This document shows positions 54,701 through 60,700 of a DNA stretch of 64,000 bases, piece by piece. The first letter of the stretch is position 1. Every line of letters starts with the position of its first letter. The stretch covers positions 4,498,753 to 4,562,752 of the forward strand of contig JBNZDD010013678.1 of assembly GCA_050575255.1 (NCBI GenBank), given 5' to 3'. Position numbers and translations under genes: made by a program. The notes beneath the pieces were generated by a model that was not told the DNA's origin, made no database searches, and saw only the letters and a list, made by a program, of their open reading frames with translations. This stretch comes from Harriotta raleighana. Its lineage: Eukaryota.

Positions 54701-57700
54701 GCCATGCTAACGTCATGTTTTCAGCGGAAATTCCTTCAAACTTAATCGGACCAACTGGAGGCCCGGGGCGTCCTGTTTTGTTACAAAAAAAGAAAGAATC
54801 AAAACAAAGCATAATTCTCCATTTTATTCCGATTGATAAAACCTTCTTCCCTAAATTCATTGGTAAAACTAGAGAAATTTAACTGTGATCAATTCTCCCC
54901 CACCACCCCCACAGAACAACTAGAAATATAAATCACATGTAAGTTTGAAAAGAAATGAATTACCAAGAACGTTGAGTCTCATTTCCTTGGAATCAGTTCC
55001 CAGATTGTTGGTTGCAGTGAGAGTGTAAAGACCAGTATCCTTTCGGAGGGACTGATGAATCAACAAAGTGCACCCGTTCTCAGTCACAATTTTGTTGACA
55101 TGTTGATCGTATTCTACTTTAGACTTCTCCTCTGCCTTGTGAGCAGGTGCCTTGTACCAAGTCAAAGTTGGGAATGGTACGCCCTTAATTTTGGCTATAA
55201 TGCTGATGTCGGTACGTTCCTCTGCTTCCAGGAATTCATTAAGTTCAATTGTAGGTGCGCCTACATATGGGGTTATTCAGTAACAATCAGATCAGCTTCA
55301 ACTAGATATTATCTATAACTCACATGAAAAAAAATCAACATGTAACTAGTTTCCAATACTTACATGTTTGATCTTTTACAATAATTGGCCCAACAGGGGT
55401 ACATGGTTTACTCTGACCAGCCTCATTTACGGCTTTCACGCGGAATTCGTACTCCCCGCCATCCTCAAGGTCCTCGACTGTAAACTTGGTATCATCAACA
55501 TCACGCCTGTTGCATTGCTTCCATGATTCCTTCTCTTTGCCTGTGGTCGCCCAGTAGAGACGTTCGATAATGTAATGCGTCACTGTGGCGCCTCCGTCGT
55601 TCTTAGGTAGCCTCCAGGTAAGAGAAACGCCATTTTTCGTGACAAGGACAATTTTGAGTCGTGTTGGAGGATCGGGTGGATCTAAAGTGGTAAATAATTT
55701 CAGTCAATACATAAAGGATTAGCAGAAAACTCTAAAGTTAATTGTACTGATGCCTCGATTGGAATCAGAAATAACTATTGTCCCCATATGAACTTACGGA
55801 TTGGATCTCTCGCCCTGGTCCTTTGGACAGTTTCCGCTGGCTCGCCAACACCAAATCGGTTTTCAGCTCGGACACGGAAGAAATATTCCTGGCCTTCAAC
55901 AAGGTCAGGCACAGTGTATGATGTCCCTGCACAGGAAGTGTTAACCTTTACCCAGGCCCTTCCTTCTACAGTCTTCTTCTCTATAAAATAGGCCTTAATT
56001 CTGTCTCCACCATCATTGTCTGGGGGCTTCCATGAAAGTTTGCAGGAACTTCTAGTAATGTCACTGACTTTGAGATTTTTGGGCCGTCCTGGGGCATCTG
56101 GAATGAATGCAGAGAAACTTGTTCAATAAACAAATCAAACCATTTTACAGAATTCTGCTTTGCAGATAATTAAAACGAAGATCATCAACGTACCAAGAAT
56201 ATTTACTCTGATGCTCAAAGTCTTTTGTCCAGCCTTGTTCTTTGCGGTGATGCTATATCGGCCAGTGTGGCTACTGTTGCACACTGGAATTATCACAGTT
56301 GTAGTAGTTTTAGTACTTTCAAGCTACGAGAGAGAGAGAGAGAGGGACCCATGATACAACAATTTCGAGAATGATACTCATTCGTTAAACAAAAAAGGTT
56401 TCTCAACATTGAAAATGTGACATTGACATATATAATATAGAAGTATATAGGGCATTTCACTCATAAAATATATACTTTCGAGTATATTCTGTAAAACACT
56501 TTGAGACGTCCTGAAGATGATGACTCAAATTCAAGGAATATTAGTCATTATTAAGTATTATAGAAATAAAAATAAAAATATTACTATTGTAATAAAAATA
56601 TAACATTATTACCTCTGCATCAGATGGTATGTTGTGGATCTCATCCTGGACAAAAACAGAAGAAATAATTATTCACCAACTGTTCGAAACAATACTGATT
56701 AAGTGCAAGGTCATTTGTGTTGGATGAATTTAGTGTAGAAAATAGAAATTCTTGTTCTATACAGATAAAAAAGAAATGTGGTCCATAGGGTATACAAACT
56801 AAATTCAGTTACATGTCTTGACTTTGGTTATTAGCAATTTTAATGAAAAATCACATTCATGACTCACATTGCCTTTCGTCAATGATATTTTCATTAATAT
56901 TTAATATTTTATTAACAAATGATCAGGATATCAGGTGATATGAGGATGGATGAATATTTTGGTGTTACCTCTGAAAAGGTATTTCTAGAGATCTTTCCAT
57001 TCAGAATTTAAATGAGTGGCATAGAATCCGCAAAAAGTTGGGTGGTCTGTGGAAAGTGCTGGTGTGTTGACCTAATAAGCCTTTCTCTAAATTTTCTTAT
57101 TTTCTCGTGCTACAAATCCTTTTAAGATGCTGTACTTTTAATGAAGAAGCAACTTTATTTAAGCTTTATGTTCACTCTTTTAAACCTCTTGCTCTACAGA
57201 TTTATCTTGTGCTGGCATAATTATAATGATACAAGTGAGACAAGCCAGCATTAAACTATGTTGCTTGGAAACTGAAGCTAAAACAGCTAGACTGGCGAGA
57301 CAGGAAATCCTCTGGATGTTGCATGTTCATTACTTAAACAAAAAGGTTTTTCAACATTATCAATGTGACAATGTAATATAGTAGTATATAGGGCATTTCA
57401 CGCACAAAATATACAGTCAATTCACTTTAGAATAAATTCTGTGATGCACTTTGAGATATCTCAGAGATATTATAAGGCTTTATAATCAAACGCAAGGATT
57501 ATTACTATTTATTATGAATCTAAATACAGATCAAGTAAAATCCTCAGCAGTTCGATGGAATCCAGCACAAATTTACATTTACATAGCGTCGTTCACATCG
57601 GAAGAACGTCTATACATAAATACAGGTGAAATATTTTATACCTTCAGGACAGTCTTAGCTGGTCCTTCAAATTCCCAATTAAGCTTTGGAAAAGGACGAC

Positions 57701-60700
57701 CAGTAACATTAACTGGGATTTTCACTGTTGAACCAGCACGACAAATGAGCAAGTCTTGTGCATTAATTGTCAACGAAAGAGTTGGCTCCTCTGTAAGTAG
57801 GAAGAAAGATGCTGGTTAAAAGCTAGAAGAATGAAATGCTAGCAGCATGGAAATCTAGCTGCTAAATATAAAGGTACTTGCCAAGAAGGTCCTTGACCAC
57901 TATTTCTGCTGTTGTTGAACTTGGCTCAGATTCGCCAGCTGCATTAACTGCTTTAACTCTGAACCTGTACTTCTTGTGCGTCTGTAAGTTGGGCACCACG
58001 TATTTGCAGTTGGTGATAAGTTTATCTGGCTCAGACACATTTTTCCAGTCAGACAAGCCTTCTTCTTGCATCTCAACAATATAGCCTTTGATTGGGCTGC
58101 CACCATCTTTTTCTGGACACTTCCAGGCAAGGGCTACTGAATCGTTAGTTTTGTCAGTCACTTCTAGAGTTGATGGAGAACTGGGAGGATCTTGAGAAAA
58201 GAATATTAAAAAATATATATATATAGTTTCACTCATTTTGTTTCATAGTTCTACACATTCATTATTTGCTTATAAGCAATATTTGAAATGAAATGTTTGA
58301 TAACTCTTCGATGAACTGTAATATTTTCACAGCATTTAATATTTTCTGTGATGTAATTTTTCATATGCCGATGGAAGCACAGCTAGATTATTTTGTCAAA
58401 ATATTTGTTTTTAATAGAAGTATTATTTAATTAATGTCCAACTGACTAAAATGCAATGATGTATATAAAATGGATTGCTATTGATTTGATAGGCACTCAC
58501 ATATAGGATCAGCTGCCATTACAGGATCAGAAGGCTCACTAGGAGGTCCAATTCCAGCAGCATTTACAGCCATGACTCGGAATTGGTATTCAAGGCCTTC
58601 TATCAAGCGGAGGACATTGAACTCTAGGCCTTTTACAGTGGGTTTGGTGACAGGAGCTCTGTTAACCTGGGACCAATATACTCCACCCAGCTCTCTCTTC
58701 TCCAGCCAGTAGCCTGTGATAGTAGTACCGCCGTTGTTCGTTGGAGGTTCCCAAGACACAAGCATTGTCAATCGTGTGACATTGGATACCTTTGGCTTGC
58801 TGGGTGGCCCAGGGAGGCCGAATGGGTCTTTGATGGTCACCTTTTCAGAAACGCAATCATCACTGATTCCGTATTTGTTCTGTGCACGGATTCGGAATTG
58901 ATAATCTCCATTTGTTGTCAGTTTCCATACCTAAAAAGACGAAGCCATTTGTTAATATAGAAAAAAAACACATGCTGTGCGATAAGTAACAGATAAGAAC
59001 ATAAGATTTTGCTCAGCGAAGGAAGACCAAGGTCCATTTAGTTTGCCTTCCCTCATCCTGGCAGTCACTCAATATGTCCCAAACTATATACTGTATCCTG
59101 AGGTGTTATTTTCTATAGTACAAGTCTATCTAATTTGTTCTTGAAATAAATTACATTTTCCATAAGTTTACTACATGCTCACTGAAGTAGTGTTTCCACA
59201 GATTTGTTCTGAATTAATCAGATGATAATTAAACAAACACAGAAACGTGCCAATATCAGAAAGAATCCTTACTCCGTATCTCCTATCAATGATGAAATTT
59301 GTGATCTCCTCCCATTCAGATTTCTTTTTGGTTGCATCTCGTTTGTCAATAATGTAGTTTGTTATTTCACTGCCACCGTTGTCTTCAGGTGCATCCCAAG
59401 TCAAATTGCAGGATTCAGCCTTGATGTCAGACACTACGAGCTTTCTTACCGGTGAAGGTTTATCTAAAGTTAGCAACAAGATTTGGAAAAAATTAAATGG
59501 CAGCTCAGAACAAAATAGCTACTGTCCGGTAAACATCGAATAAATCATAATTCTCTCAAATCTTTATTTCAACCGTTTCGTTTTCTTACCTAAAACGACA
59601 ACGTTCATTGACTGGTAAGCAGTCCCGAGACGGTTGGAACCAGTGATAGTGTATGTTTCTGTGTCCTTTCTAATAGACGCAGCAATATTAATATTGCTCT
59701 TTGCATGAGTTCTTGACAGGACTTCAGTTTGCATCTTTAGTTGGTCAGTAGATGATCCTATCACAGTCTCTCCTTTCTTCCATTCGATCTTGGGCAGGGG
59801 AAGCCCTTCGATCTCAGCTGGGATTTTAATGGGTTCACCGGCTTTCACAGTAATAGTGTTCCTCTTGACTTTCACCAGAATTTTTACAGTCGGAGGCACT
59901 GGCGGGAAAATAAAATGAACGAGCAAAGAAACGTTAAAAGTGCACTTACATATTCAGCTCTGAAAATCTCATTACAGATCTGTGGGGTTCAGATACAGAT
60001 TTCATTTCAATTACCTTCATCGTCCTGGATTACTACGTTAAGAGGAAGGGACGGTTCACTTTCCCCCATTTCATTGACAGCTTTGACGCGGAACTCATAC
60101 ATGTTCAGTTCTTCTAGGTTTTCAACCAGGAGGTTTGTAGCGCTACATAGCTGTTTGTTAACTCTTTCAAATTCAGGTGCATCTTGCTTTTTCTTTTCAA
60201 TAATGTATCCGATAATGGGTCTACCGCCATCATTTCGAGGAGGTTTCCAATCGAGCGTGATTGTCGACTTTGTTCTCTCTGTGTACATAAACCTCTCGGG
60301 TGAAGTTGGTGGACCTGAAACAAAATTGATTTACATTTAAAAATACGTTAGATCAGTGCTTGAAAATAGCTCAGTGCCTTGGGACGTCCTCCTGATGTGA
60401 AAGGCACTCTATAAATGTAATTTTATTGTCGTTGTTTTAGTAGGTACATTACTCCAACAAATATTATTTAGGTTGATCTTTTATTCTTCTTGTAGCTTAC
60501 CAAGTGGATCGACGGCAAGAATAGGTCCAAGGTCTACAGGGGGACCACCACCAAACTTATTTTTAGCAATAATACGGAACATGTATTCCTGTCCTTCAAG
60601 AAGCCCAACAATGTCACATTTCGATCTCTCGGTCTCCATAGGCTGTCTCCAGGTGTGCATCTTGGCATCCTTTCTCTCTATCGTAAAACTAGTGATGTCG

